64,000 nucleotides of DNA from the human T2T-CHM13v2.0 reference genome, Homo sapiens, in the NCBI RefSeq assembly GCF_009914755.1, contig NC_060944.1. One strand, given 5' to 3'. Shown here piece after piece: positions 30,602 to 48,989 of the stretch. Every line of letters begins with the position of its first letter. The first letter of the stretch is position 1. The notes beneath the pieces are model-generated. The model saw nothing but the letters and a program-made list of their open reading frames with translations, did not search any database and was not told the origin of the DNA. The position numbers were made by a program, and so were the translations under genes.

Positions 30602-30786
30602 CTCCGCAGCCCAGCTCGCGCCCCGCGGCAGCTCCGCAGTGCACTAGCCACCACCGCCGCCGCCGCCGCTCCGCCAGACCTGCTGCCAGCTTGCCCGGTC
30701 CAGCCCTGAGAGAGCCTCGAACGCCAGCTGCGAGGGTCATGAGCCAGAGAGCCCCGGGGCGCCGCGCGGAGAGCAAGCGGAGATAG

Positions 30787-31347
<561 letters not shown>

Positions 31348-33570
31348 TGATCTCGGCCTGGAGACCCCCTCCTGTACCCAGGAATCTCCCTTTCTCCATC
31401 CCTCCCAGCCCTGCGCGGGGACCTACGCCCCCAGGCGGTGTTTTCCGCCCTAACCCACGCTCCCTCCCAACGGCACCAGCTGCAAGACCGCTAGGCTGAA
31501 GTTCGGTCTGAGACACCTGTCCGGAGACACTGCAAAAGTGAAGGAAATGGGGGGAGGGAGCAGGAAGCGATGAGAAAGAAAGAAAATCAGGATTGGAGGG
31601 CACGGTTTGGTCTTGGACTCTGGAACGGATTCACAGCTGCATTTTTGGGAGGAAAGAAGAAGGGGAAATCGCTGAGGTCGGAGTCTCCTCCCCCCGCACA
31701 CACGCATAGACACGCACACGTATATAGGCAGGCACACCACATGCCCACAGCCCCCCTTCCCACGAACAAAGGCGCAGGCACAGGCGCACACGACATGTAT
31801 CTATATATAGACCACAGTACTATCCCCAAATGCACCTGCGTACACCCCTACAGCTCCACAAACAAAAGCATATACCTGCACATACCAAACACACGAATAT
31901 TCGTTTGAACATATGCACACACACATGCACAGATGCATGCAGACAGGAACCAGCCTGCTCCCTTGGGTGCGGCCCTGTTGGAGACATACAGGTATACACA
32001 CACGAAAGCACACACATGCTCCCACACAAACACATTTAGTCCGCAATAATCCAGCATTACCTGTGCACAGACTCGCCCCTCTCGCCCGAAATCCCGGCTG
32101 CACCGCAAAGAGGCGGCCAGCTCCTCCCCGTGTGACCCTGGCGAAGCCCTCTCCAGAGGCTAAGAATGGCCCCTGCTCTCTAGGCCCTCTCCCCTTATTC
32201 CTAACCCCCCACTCCCCACCAGGCGGCGCAGGACTCCTACATAGGGAGCAGGTTTGGAGTCTTGGCAACGACCTCCGAGCTAGCAGGGGCTGGCAGGCCG
32301 CAGCTTTCTGGGCCGAAGGAGACTTCAGCTCTAGGCAACCCCGGTCCCTTACAGCTTGGCCCCGCGGCGTCCCTGGAGCGCACTATCACTGGGGCCACGG
32401 AAGGCAGGTTTTCTGGGAGCAGAGGCCTCCCAGGGGTTGTTCCATGTATCGGGGTAAGCAGGACTCCACCGGGCCCCGAACACCAGATGGCCCGACCCAA
32501 GGCGCTTTCCGCTCCGGGGCCCGGCGAGACGGCCTTGCTGGATCACGGACCCGGGGCTGCTCCCGCCTTCGCTGTGCCCCGCGACTTCCCGGGGCGTCTT
32601 TCAAGGCTCCGTTTGATAGGCCCCAAGGGAGGCCAGGGCAGGAGGCTGGAGGCTCGTAGGCCTCCGGGACCCTGGATTTCGTTAGCTCTTAGTCCCCGTG
32701 TGGATTCTAAACCCTACAGCCCTGTCCGCCTGACCCTGAAGCTTCTGGTTCTAGACTCTTGCTCGGTTCGGCTTTCTGGCCTCCCTGGCGCCTTCCCGCC
32801 AAGCTCCTCCTCCTGCTTGCCTCCCCAGCCTCCACTTAGTCCCCTTCCTTAGGTCTCGCCCTCGCCTCACTCTAACTCCAGCCTTGTCCTAAGACTCTCA
32901 ATTTCCAGCCCTGCTTCCTCCTCCCCGCGCGCTGCTCCCCAAGCGTCTTCACATTGTCTCTGTTCTTGCCTCCCAGGGGCTTTGCCCCACCTTCAGCCCC
33001 TCTCCCTCTCTACCCTATTTCCTTTTCGCCTCACAACTGCAGCCTTTAACGTTTCCTCCTCTGGTCTGAGCCTGAGACGCCCGAGTTTTCCTCTTTAGCT
33101 CCCGTGCCCCATTCCAGCCCCACCACAAATCCCGTGCCCACTCTTTCCACTGGCCCAGGCCCAGCTCACTACCTTTCTTAGAGCCCCTTTCCGACTACGC
33201 TCCCTTCTGTCCCTTCTCATCTCCTCCCCCAACTCCTCATTCTGTTCCTGTCCCCAGAAACCATCCCGAAGTATCTCCCTTCCCTCCTGTGGCTTCTCCC
33301 TATTCTCAGCCCTCTCCCACCCTAGCCCTCTCGCTATCACCAGCCATTAGCGCACCTTTCCTTCTCAGATCCGTCCATACATCCCTCCCTCTCCATCTCT
33401 GGCTCGACACCCGGGCTCACTATTAGTTCCCCTACATCCACCCCGCAGCCTGCTCTTAACCTCTCCTCCCCGGCGGCTCAGACCCAATTCTCAGTGTCCT
33501 TAGCGCCCCCTTCGGGCCACAGCGTTAAGCCACGCCCCCCGGGCCCCTCATCCGTTGCCAAGTTCGCTGA

Positions 33571-34791
<1,221 letters not shown>

Positions 34792-35503
34792 GGCGCAAGG
34801 GCGAGCCCCCGCCGCGCTTCTGCGCTCTCTCCCTTCTCCCCTCACCCCGCCCCCACCAGCCCAGTGCGCCCTGCCGCCGCGCTTGGGAGGCCAAGCTTTA
34901 AACATCTCTGGTTCCTAGTTTCTGATTATTCGGGGATGGGGGGGATGGGAGGGGACAGGGATTCACGATCCATCGCGTCTGCGTTTCTGTTGTCCTTTCT
35001 TTTCCACAACACCCTGGTTTTGGGGGGAGGCGGGGTGCATTTGCGGGCAGGGTTCTCTGTCCTTCCAAGTGGGGCCCCGACACTTTGGTTCCAGTCATCG
35101 AGGGGGTTGGGAAGGGAGGGAGAGGGGGCGCAGCTCGCAGGCGTGGCAACTTGACCTTGGGGGAATATTTCACATCCATCCAGAGCTCGGAATCTACAGC
35201 GTCCAGCCATTTCCAGCAAGAGCGCTTCCCATTCCGGAGACGTTTCAACCCTGCAGCGGGAAAGGCTGACTGGGAAATCCATTTTGGGTGGGCAATTTCC
35301 TTCAACGAAGCCGGAAGGCGAGAAGCCGCGGCGGGGCCAGCTTGCCTGCCGGTTTTCAGGAATCTAAACTCTCATCTTGTGCAATTTATCAGGTGTGGAA
35401 CTGTTCTACTGTGCGTGTGGTGTGCTCGTGGTGAATAAGATGAAATGTATATCAGAAAAAAATCTATCTCTAATTTAGAGTGCGGTACATAATTATATCC
35501 GCA

Positions 35504-35509
35504 AATAAA
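35504..35509 (+). terminator. SLC32A1: Poly(A) signal of SLC32A1
   Basis: AATAAA about 715 nt after the stop, followed about 25 nt later by the GU-rich element GGTGTCGGGTTTGTGTGTT. Confidence 0.8.
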
Positions 35510-38500
35510 GAAGAGACAAAGGCTTGCGCGGCCCGGTGTCGGGTTTGTGTGTTCGTACCAGCCGGGATCCCCTGGCGCTGGGAGGCGTGGGAACTGGCTC
35601 CCGCCGGCTGAAACCGGAGATGGTGAGCAGCTGTGGTTAAAGGGTCCGGGGAGGGCTCTAGGGAGTACAAAGATTAGTTGGCGGCGAGGAGGCTCCTCAG
35701 GTGTGAGGAGGAAGCTGAAGACGGAGAGTGCTGTAGCGGCCCCCTCAGCTGCCAGGTCGAGGTTTGTTCGAATCTCTCCCCTGGGGGCGGGTCCATCTGA
35801 GAATTTGGTGGAAGCTCTCAACTTCCAACCTCAAAACAGAGAGGGACAGGGGGAGCTTTTATGTACCAGAACTTTATAAATTTGTTCAACAAATATTTAT
35901 AAACAGCCAATCAGGGCTGGGGCAGTGTTGGAAACCTGGGGAAAGAAACTCAGCCTTGCCTTCCGGGAGCTTACAGTCTAGTGAGGTGGAGACAGGCAAT
36001 AAACAAGGACAGGCAGGAATCCACAACGTGACTTCAGATTGTGAAGAGGGCTACAAAGGAAGTCAGAAGTGGGCTGTGCCTTTCACCAGGTCCCCAGAGC
36101 CACGAGCCAATCTGGCCCGGCAGGAGGCATCTGCCACCCAGGAGAACCCTGCCGTGCAATCCAAGGTGGGGTTTGCACAGCCATAGCAAAGAGATCTGAC
36201 TCTAGAATCAACAGCCTCAAGTTGTAGGGTCCCAGTCTCCCCCTATCTTGCGCAGCCTGTCTGATAAAGTGTTTGCCTGAATTACCCGAAAGATCTAGTC
36301 TTTTTTGTGCTGATCCCACTCCAGGCGCAGCACCTGCACTGACTCCAGGAGGGCCAGTCCAGGGACTGTTGGGAAAGGTCAGAGTCAGACTTTCTGGGTG
36401 GGAGCTGGGAGTGCAAGTCCGCTGGGTGGGTTCCAGGGTCCGCTGTCACCACGGAGGCAGAGGCTTCGTTAGGAACGACTTCTCCAGGTGCGAATGGTGC
36501 ACGGGAAAGAAGCCAGGGAGAATGCCTAAGTAGGGTGTGTGTTGCTCCCCGCCCGCTTGCAAGGGGCATGTGAGAGGCTAGGTGAAGATATGCGTGTGGG
36601 GTGGGGCAGGCTGCATCGTGTGTTGTGAGAACCTTGGTAAGTGTGTGTGCGTGTGTGCGTGTGTGCCGAGCATCCGGGTGGGCGTGCTCCCTAAAGCGCC
36701 TGCGACAGAGGTGACCTCGCATCACCCTGGTTCTGCGGCCACAGACCTGGAGTGGGAAGGGAGGAGGGATAGGACCCGGTGTCCTCAGCCATCACTGTGG
36801 CTCTAATGCTTTAAAACGGGCCATCTGAGAAGTCCGCTACCTTCGGCCTAATTCCCCGGGGTCACTATTGTCGCGTGTTCAGGATCCGGCACTGGCTGAA
36901 GGGTCCTCAGTTTCTCGTCTTCCCATGACCACTGACGTCTCCCAGGCCTGGGGCCGAGGGGTGGGGTGGGGAGCTGATTGTTCTTCCCCCGCCCCAACTC
37001 CCAAGGTTTCTCAGCGGGTCCACGGACCCTGGGGTGCTCTCCGAGTCAGTGTGTCGCCTTCAGAAAAATCCCGGACTTCTATGGTGGAAGGGAAGGTGGG
37101 AGCGTCACGCTGCACCATCTCTGTCCTTCCCGTCTTTAAAAGGTCGAAGGAGACACTAGGCAGGCTCCGGATAGCGGCGCCAACTCTGCGGGCTCGCCTG
37201 GATCCGCTCCACTAATCCTGGCTCCAGGTTTTGTGCTCAGCTTGCAGCGTCTCTTGTCCTAGGGGGCGAATCCTGAGGGTGGCAGGGGCGGGAGAACTAG
37301 CACCCTAGACGCCCAAGGGAAACCCGAAACCCTGGTCGGTAGGACACCGATACCCGGACTCGCATCCAGGCTACTGAGAGAAATAAGGAGGAGGAGTGGA
37401 TGGCACCCGTCTCTGCACCTCTCATCTCCCCCACCCATCTACCCCCACCTCCACCATCACTAAAGCGTAAAGGTAGATGTTGAAAGGAAGAAGTCCCAGC
37501 TTTCCTCGCAGTGGGCTCGCTGTGCAAGTCCAAGAGAGCAGATAGTTCTGGCAAGGCTCATTCTGGGATCGGATTGAGAAGGAGAGGAGGAATCCGCGTC
37601 AGCCCCACAGGGCTCACATCAGTTCTTATGGGGCACCCTAGCTGGACGTGCTGCAGACCCTGTAAGCTGTCCCCACCTGGGTCCGCAGCATAAGTGTGTA
37701 GGTGTACCTGGCCCCTTGCCTTGGGGCCAGGACCTGGAACCACCAAGACCCACGTGCGCCGGCGGAACCCAGGATCGCGATCGCACGGTCCCAAGACCGC
37801 CCTGCCTCGCCCCCTAGCGGTGAGAGCGCAAACTGCCGGCCCGCAAGGACGGTTCTCCACCCTAGTCCTAAATGCTTCTTGTCTCCCCCTACCCCACCTC
37901 CTGCTTAGTTGATAAGCATTGCTTCTTTCTAGTGCTTTATTTCAGGTCCTCAACATTACAAAAGTTTTTAGTCATTTTTCCCCAAACATGGATGGATGCT
38001 TATTATTGAACATGTTTTGTTATATGACACCGTCTTATCCCAGGGACTGAGTGTTCCTCACTTAAAGACCTGGTAGGGAGGGAGCCAAACAGGCTCCATG
38101 GGGGCCATCCAGGAAGTGGAGAGGATCCAGGCCTTGCTATTCTAGAGGGGACTTCAGGGACAAGAGCCAGAGAGAGGCTTTGGTCAAGGAGGGGGCAGGT
38201 CCCTAGGTGGGCTCCATCCTCACCATGAGTGAGGGTGTGGTAGGGTACTCAGTCCTGGACAGCCAAGGATTCATTCGTTGCACTTGTTTGACCTCAGAGA
38301 GCCAGCCTTGGGTGTCCTTCTCATAGCTCTTTCGTTTTTTCCTTTTCAAGATTATGAAGAATTTCTAATGTATAGAAAAGGTGAAAGAATTCCACACTGA
38401 ACATACATACACCCACACCCACCGCCGCCTAGACTGGATGATTAACAGTTTAAAACACTGTATCTACCCCATACCTATCCATCTATCCATCCAACAGTCT

Positions 38501-38571
38501 ACCTGTAAAAAAAAAACAACATTCAAAAGTTGCAGACATCAGTATATTTCCCTCCCAAATAATTATTATCA

Positions 38572-38895
<324 letters not shown>

Positions 38896-38927
38896 TAACA
38901 GTGACATTCAGATAGCACAGCATCAGT

Positions 38928-39173
38928 ACAGCACTAATCTGAGCCACACTGGAGACCAAGGCAAAAAAAGCAATATCCATCCTTTCTTTACCTCAGATAT
39001 TGTTATTTTGCTTACATTATTTTGAACGTTATGGTTCACTTTTGCATTAATTTTGATTTTTAAAAAATATTGCATTAAAATTTTATTTATATTGCTTTCT
39101 GGATTTTTTGCACCCTCTTAAATTTTGCTACCAAAGGAAATGCCTCACTTGCCTCATGCTAATCCTGGTCCTG
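38928..39173. mobile_element. hAT MITE (MER96B-like)
   Basis: TTAAATTTTGC...GCCTCACTTGCCTCA..CTAATCCTGGTCCTG terminus. Confidence 0.55.
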
Positions 39174-39684
39174 GATGTGAGGCCAGGCCTGGGAGATGAG
39201 CTCTGCCCCCCCGGGAGATTTGGATTGAGATTTTTCAAGAGTCTGACTATAGCTGGTTCCACAGTGATGCTTTGGGCACCATCTCTGCCAGTTGTGGAGT
39301 CCAGGAAGGCACAGTGAGAGCAGAGCCTCTGACCAGGGACACCCAGCAGCATGGTCCAGCAGAGTCACATAGCGGGTGGGGTGGAGGGAGCTTTACGATT
39401 CCAGAAGCTTCCAGCAACCCTCTTGGGGGTGGGATGGAAACAGGGTGAAAAGGCTGAGGATGCTATAGAGGGGTTGGTGGTGTCTAGAAGGGAAGGCGGT
39501 GCAGCTAGAAGGGAGAGCACAATTAAAGGAATTGTTAGTGTGATTCAGTTCCTGTTTCAAGGTCTGGTAGTTAAACAAGATTTATTTATCAAATATTTGT
39601 TAAGCACCCACTCTAGGCCACACACTAGGCTAAGGTCTAATGTGTGGGAATGCAACAGGAAACAAGACAGACATGGCCTCTCTG

Positions 39685-40106
39685 GTAGTTGTCAGTGCCC
39701 ACCCTATGTTCCCTAGATGCACCTAAGTTTACCTGAAGCTGTGGAACATGAACCACTGCCAGTGCCTCCATCTCTCCTCATCTCCCTGAGGGCTTTCTAG
39801 GCTACCTTGGGAGCATGACTTGGAATTGTCGGGCAGCTAACAGCCCCTAGTGCTCAATCAATTGGCAATAAATGCCTGTCTCCTGTCCTGTGATGGGACC
39901 ATTTTAGGTCTATTCCACAAGGTATCTTGGAGGGTCCCCAGCAGGATTGAACCTCAGGTGTCCACAAGCTCATCAAAGCAATCTTTATTTGGCCTTTCCC
40001 CCTTCCTTTTCTTCCTTTCCCTACTTTCAAGGTTCACCTCCCACATAAATTGACTGCATCTGAATCTTTGTCTTAGGGTCTACTTTTAGGGAAAGGTAAA
40101 TGAAGA
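39685..40106 (+). mobile_element. LTR16-family solo LTR
   Basis: GAGGGTCCCCAGCAGGATTGAACC...TGTCTTAGGGTCTACTTTTAGGG. Confidence 0.6.
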
Positions 40107-40823
40107 TCCTATATTCACAGTGCTTCTAATGTAATATAGTGGTCCCCAAATATCTTTCCATAGGCAGGTGCCAGGCTGGGTGAATCAGAATAAAATGGGG
40201 AGCTTTCTAGAAATTCCTGCTCCCCACAAAACCCCTAGATTCAGATTCAGAAAGACCTTTCTCCTCCTTCTCTTCCTCCTCCTCAACCCCCTCCTCCTCT
40301 TCTTCCTCCTTCTTTCAAGTTCCCAACGTGCCACTGGCTTGGGACCACTAATATTGAGAAGGTTTGGTCAATGGGAGGGTGGTGGATGGATGGATGAATA
40401 GATGGATGGATTAGTAAATGCTTTGAGGTCAAGGGTTGGATGGTTGAGCCAATGAATAGATGAATCAGTGAGTGAAGGAAAAAAATGGATTATAGATGAA
40501 TGGTGGACCAATAAATGGTCCATGGATGAAAGGAAGAAAAGAAGGAAACATAAACAGGTCCATAGCAACAAACTTTAGTAAACTCCACAAGGGCAGAGAT
40601 ATTCTCTGTTTGGCACCCTACTGGATCTCCACTATCTAACACAGACCTGATATACAGAATGTTCTTAATAAATTATGTTCAAATAAATAATGTATTTTCA
40701 GAAAACTATCGACACATTAATAGTACTAAAGTCACAGAAACTATGAGGTCAACCAGGAGAGTGCATGAACATTTAAAAAGCACCGGGCCAGTGACCTTGG
40801 ATAACAGCAATATTTAAAGGTCA

Positions 40824-41169
<346 letters not shown>

Positions 41170-41336
41170 TCAAGATTGATAAAACATAGTCTGACAGGGA
41201 GGAGAAGAATATAAAGAGAATGATATCCTGGAATTGAGGAAGGACAGGTTGCAAGATGGAGAAAATGATAAGAATTTATTTATTTTCTTTCTCTGGACAC
41301 ATATCATCTTGATTTGAGGCAGGCATGGAGATGTGA

Positions 41337-41756
41337 TGATATAGTTCGGATGTTTGTTCCCTCTAAACCTCATGTTGAAATGTGATTCCCAATGTTGGAG
41401 GTGGGGCCTCGTGAGAGGTGATTGGATCATGGGGAAGGATCCCTCATGAATGGCTTAGCACCATCTCCTTGGTGATAAGTGAGTTCTCACTTTGAGTTCA
41501 CGTGAGATCTGACTGTTTTGTTTAAAAGAGCATGGCACCCCACCCCCATCCCTCGCTCTTGCTCTCACCATGTGAGGTACTTACTCCCGCTTCGCCTTCT
41601 GCCATGATTGAAAACTTCCTGAGGCCCCATCAGAAGTGGATGCTGGCACTGTGCTTCCTGTACAGCCTGAAGAACTGTAAGCCAATTAAATCTCTTTTCT
41701 TTATAAATTACCCAGCCTCAGGTATTCTTTTATAGTAACACAAATGGACTAATACA
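41337..41756 (+). mobile_element. MST-family (MSTB-like) MaLR solo LTR
   Basis: TGATATAGTT...AATGTTGGAGGTGGGGCCT...AAATGGACTAATACA. Confidence 0.88.
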
Positions 41757-42590
41757 TGTGTGTACTCTTTGTTTCTAAATTTTGGAGTAGAAGAAACACA
41801 CCTAGAAGCTTCTCAAAGAAGAGTGAGATCAGACTTGGAAACAATTGTCATGGAGCCTTTACTCTGAAGAGGTGTTCAAAGCGGGAGAGTTGAAGAATAC
41901 AAGTAAGTAAGGCCGACCAAGAGAAGCTGAAGAGAGAGGAAGCTGACGAACAAAGATGAGGACTGAAAAGAGGCTGCCGTCGGTTAGATTCCCCCAGCAA
42001 CAGACCTATTTGACTGAAGTAGTTCACATGAGAGCTGATACCAAGAAGTACCAGTAGCACAGTGGAGAAGTGAGACGGGGAAGGAAAGGAAGAATGTCAA
42101 TTCAGGAAACTTTATGGGTAGGGAAGCACCTGTCAATAATGGGAGCTTAATCCATCTGAGACGTCTGGGAGGTGAGAGTTTGCCACTAACAGCCTCTCAT
42201 TGAAATAACTATCAAAGAATAGACTTCAGGAAGAAAGAAACTTAACCCACAAGGAAGGACTATGTAGGAAGCAAATCTGTGCCTGAGCAAGTACTGCCCA
42301 TAGAAAACAATATTAACAATAACCAATTCTTGGGATCTAAGGTGGAACTAAAATTTTGGTAAATAACCTCTAAGATGGGAGGGAATAATTGAAGTCTTAT
42401 CTTCTATGGCTTTCTAATTCAAATATAGGGAGAAATACCATTAACTTTAGGCTTAATGATGAGCAAGAGTGTTACTCATACACCACCACTATCACAACCA
42501 TCAATGACAAGAACGACAACAAATGGATGGAGAACGTGTAACTTCCAACCTAGTAGAAGGAAAAGAGCAAATAAAGAAAACTTGCACGGA

Positions 42591-43380
<790 letters not shown>

Positions 43381-43399
43381 TCAATACAGGGTAGTAAAA

Positions 43400-46420
<3,021 letters not shown>

Positions 46421-46439
46421 AAATACTTTTTAATAACTG

Positions 46440-48210
46440 AACCCCAAACTCTCCTCCAATTGTCTAAACACCCCTCAATTGTTTCATTCACACAAAATAT
46501 GGTATCAGTTTCCCTTTCCTGAAGAAGTCTCTCCCAAAGCAGACCCACTCCAACCTGGCCAGCACCCCATATGCCTGTAGCACAGCTGTCCTCTTGGGAT
46601 CCGGCTTTTCAATCACCTCAGGGTTCTCTTACTTCACTTGTATGTTGCAGCTCCTGTCTCCTGTCTCACGTGATTTCTCTTTCTTGGTTTACTCCCTTGT
46701 TTTGAAGCAGATTCCACAATAGCTTCTGGAATATAAGGGAGGTTATGGAAGGTACATTTTTGAGGCCTTGAATAACTTTAAATGTCTATATTCTACCCCA
46801 GTTCTTGATTGAGGGTTTGGCTGAATTCTAGTTTGGAAACCATTTTTCTTTAGACTTGAAAGCACTTTCCATTTGTTTTCTAGTTTTCGATGTTGCCAAG
46901 GAGAAGTTTGAAATTGATCTTTGTTCTTTTGTATGCAAACATTTTCTTTCTCTTTGGAAACGACTGGATGTTCTCATTGTTTCCAGGGAACTGAAATTTC
47001 ATGATGTGTGTTCATGTAGATCTGTTTCCTTTCATTGTGGCTTCTTCCCAACACAGCAACTCAAGTGCTTCAATTCTAGGAAGTTGCCTTGAATTGGGAT
47101 GGCCCTCTGTATGTTTTCTGTTCTGTCTTTTGGAACTTCTATTATTTGTAGATTAGAACTGCTCCTCTAAATTTCTTATTTTTCTTTCCTCTTTCCCTCT
47201 TTCTCTACACACACATACTTTATTGGAGATTTTCTCAACTTTATCTTCCATCTACGAAGTTTTTCATTTCTGCTATCTTGTCCCTCACCCCAAGCCCCCG
47301 AAACCTTCTTTTGGTTCTCTTAACCTCCCTGTTCTATAGCAAACTTTTCTTGTTTCATGGATACAATATCTTCTTCTATCTCTTTGAAGATATTGTAGTA
47401 ATAATGAGTATTTTAAGGTTTCTCTTTTTCACGTAGTCTCTATTGCCTCCTGGTTGATTTTCTTCCCTCTTTGTATGCTTTAACCTCTGGCTTTCATGTT
47501 AGAAGCGTACCTCATTTTAAAGACTGGGGTAGTACAGGCTGATTGGGCTAGTAGAGGCTGATTGGAGGTGCAGAGTCCATGGAAGAGTCCTACTGACTGT
47601 GAGTTTCATCGTAAAATGATCTCAATGGGCTGTTTAAGGGAGAACATCCAAGACCAATTCACTTAGAGTTTTCCTCTCAGGTTGGATAAGAATCTCAGGG
47701 AAGATTCTTCCATTCTTTCGCTGAAGGGTAAAAACTTGGGAACCTATAGAGTATCAGGAACAAAGTAGGGGAAGAGACTGGGATCTTAGCATTCATTATG
47801 TATATTGACTTAATCATTTTGTTCTCAGTTGATATCCTTGTTTAGAGACTATTTGTTTTACTCTTTGCAAAGAGTCAAACCTCCAGTCTTTTTGGGGAAT
47901 TCTGGAGGCAGTTAGAAAGAAGAGCACCTATAGACTTCGGCAGGCTTCTTCATAAAATAGTTTTAACAAGTTCTCCTTATTTTGGCCGTTCCACTTTTAC
48001 TCTCTTTTCTAGAAGAACCTTGTGCCACTAATTCCTGAGACTTTTCAGCATTGTACAGTGTGAAACAGATTAGTGTTCAGCTTTTCCCAGAGCAGCTGGG
48101 GAATCAGGTTTTCTAAACTAGATACCACTTGCATGTATACTTTCCAGTTCTTGAAATCTCTCTCTCCCATTCTCCTATTCTTGTAGGGTTTTCCTTTTAA
48201 AAAAATCCCC
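46440..48210 (-). mobile_element. Degenerate L1M fragments
   Basis: T-rich, CpG-poor, with antisense-L1-like motifs (TCAATTCTAGGAAGTT, TTTTCATTTCTGCTAT). Confidence 0.5.
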
Positions 48211-48989
48211 TTATTGAGGTGTGAACTGTCAGTCCCCTGCCCCCTGCTCCATCTACTTAACCTGAGGGCTTAGAGGAGGACATAGCACTAACTTACCTAA
48301 CACATTCTCACCAACCAAGGCTCTCGTCACCTGTGATCAAGGGAACCTGCCCCATAGTAAGCACCTTATGGGACACTCTGCTCTATTCCCCAGGGAAGGA
48401 AGACCAAAGTGACATCTGAGCTGGCCCTTAATGAGGATTCTAGAGGCAAACGATGTAGGGCAGAGCATCTCGGTCTGCATCAACAATACATATGTGCAAA
48501 GGTACAGGCTACTAAAAGGCCACAGCATGCCCTATATCTGATTATTCCAACCAGTGGGTTAGCAGGATCTGGGATGAAGTTGGAGACCCTGTGCTAAATC
48601 ACCTGCCCCCAGTCCTAGTCTGCCACCTGTCTCCTCAGTTACGTGGATATCCTTTCTGTTTCCCAGGCAGTTGGCCCAACGAGCCCTGAACCAAGTCCAG
48701 CACAAGGCCTTGGTCAGCCATGATGAATTAAGGTTCAACAGCCTAATTTGATACCTGTTCTCATCACATCCTCCCCACCAAGCTGCAGGCAGAATGCATG
48801 GCACATGGTTTCCTTGGAACAGTTTTCTGATAGTTCTACCGTCTGAGTCCTGTCATGAAGGCTCTCTAAGGAACAAGACTAGATACATCATATGATCACC
48901 TGTGTGTGTGTGTGTGTTACTTAGGACAGGAGCCAACATGGCCATAACTTAAACCAAATAGAAGGTGTATTTAATGTGGGTTCTGATTC

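Noticed and set aside
31913-32852. 248-aa and 196-aa intronic ORFs
   Set aside because: GC-rich intron sequence, no domain similarity and no convincing splice sites.
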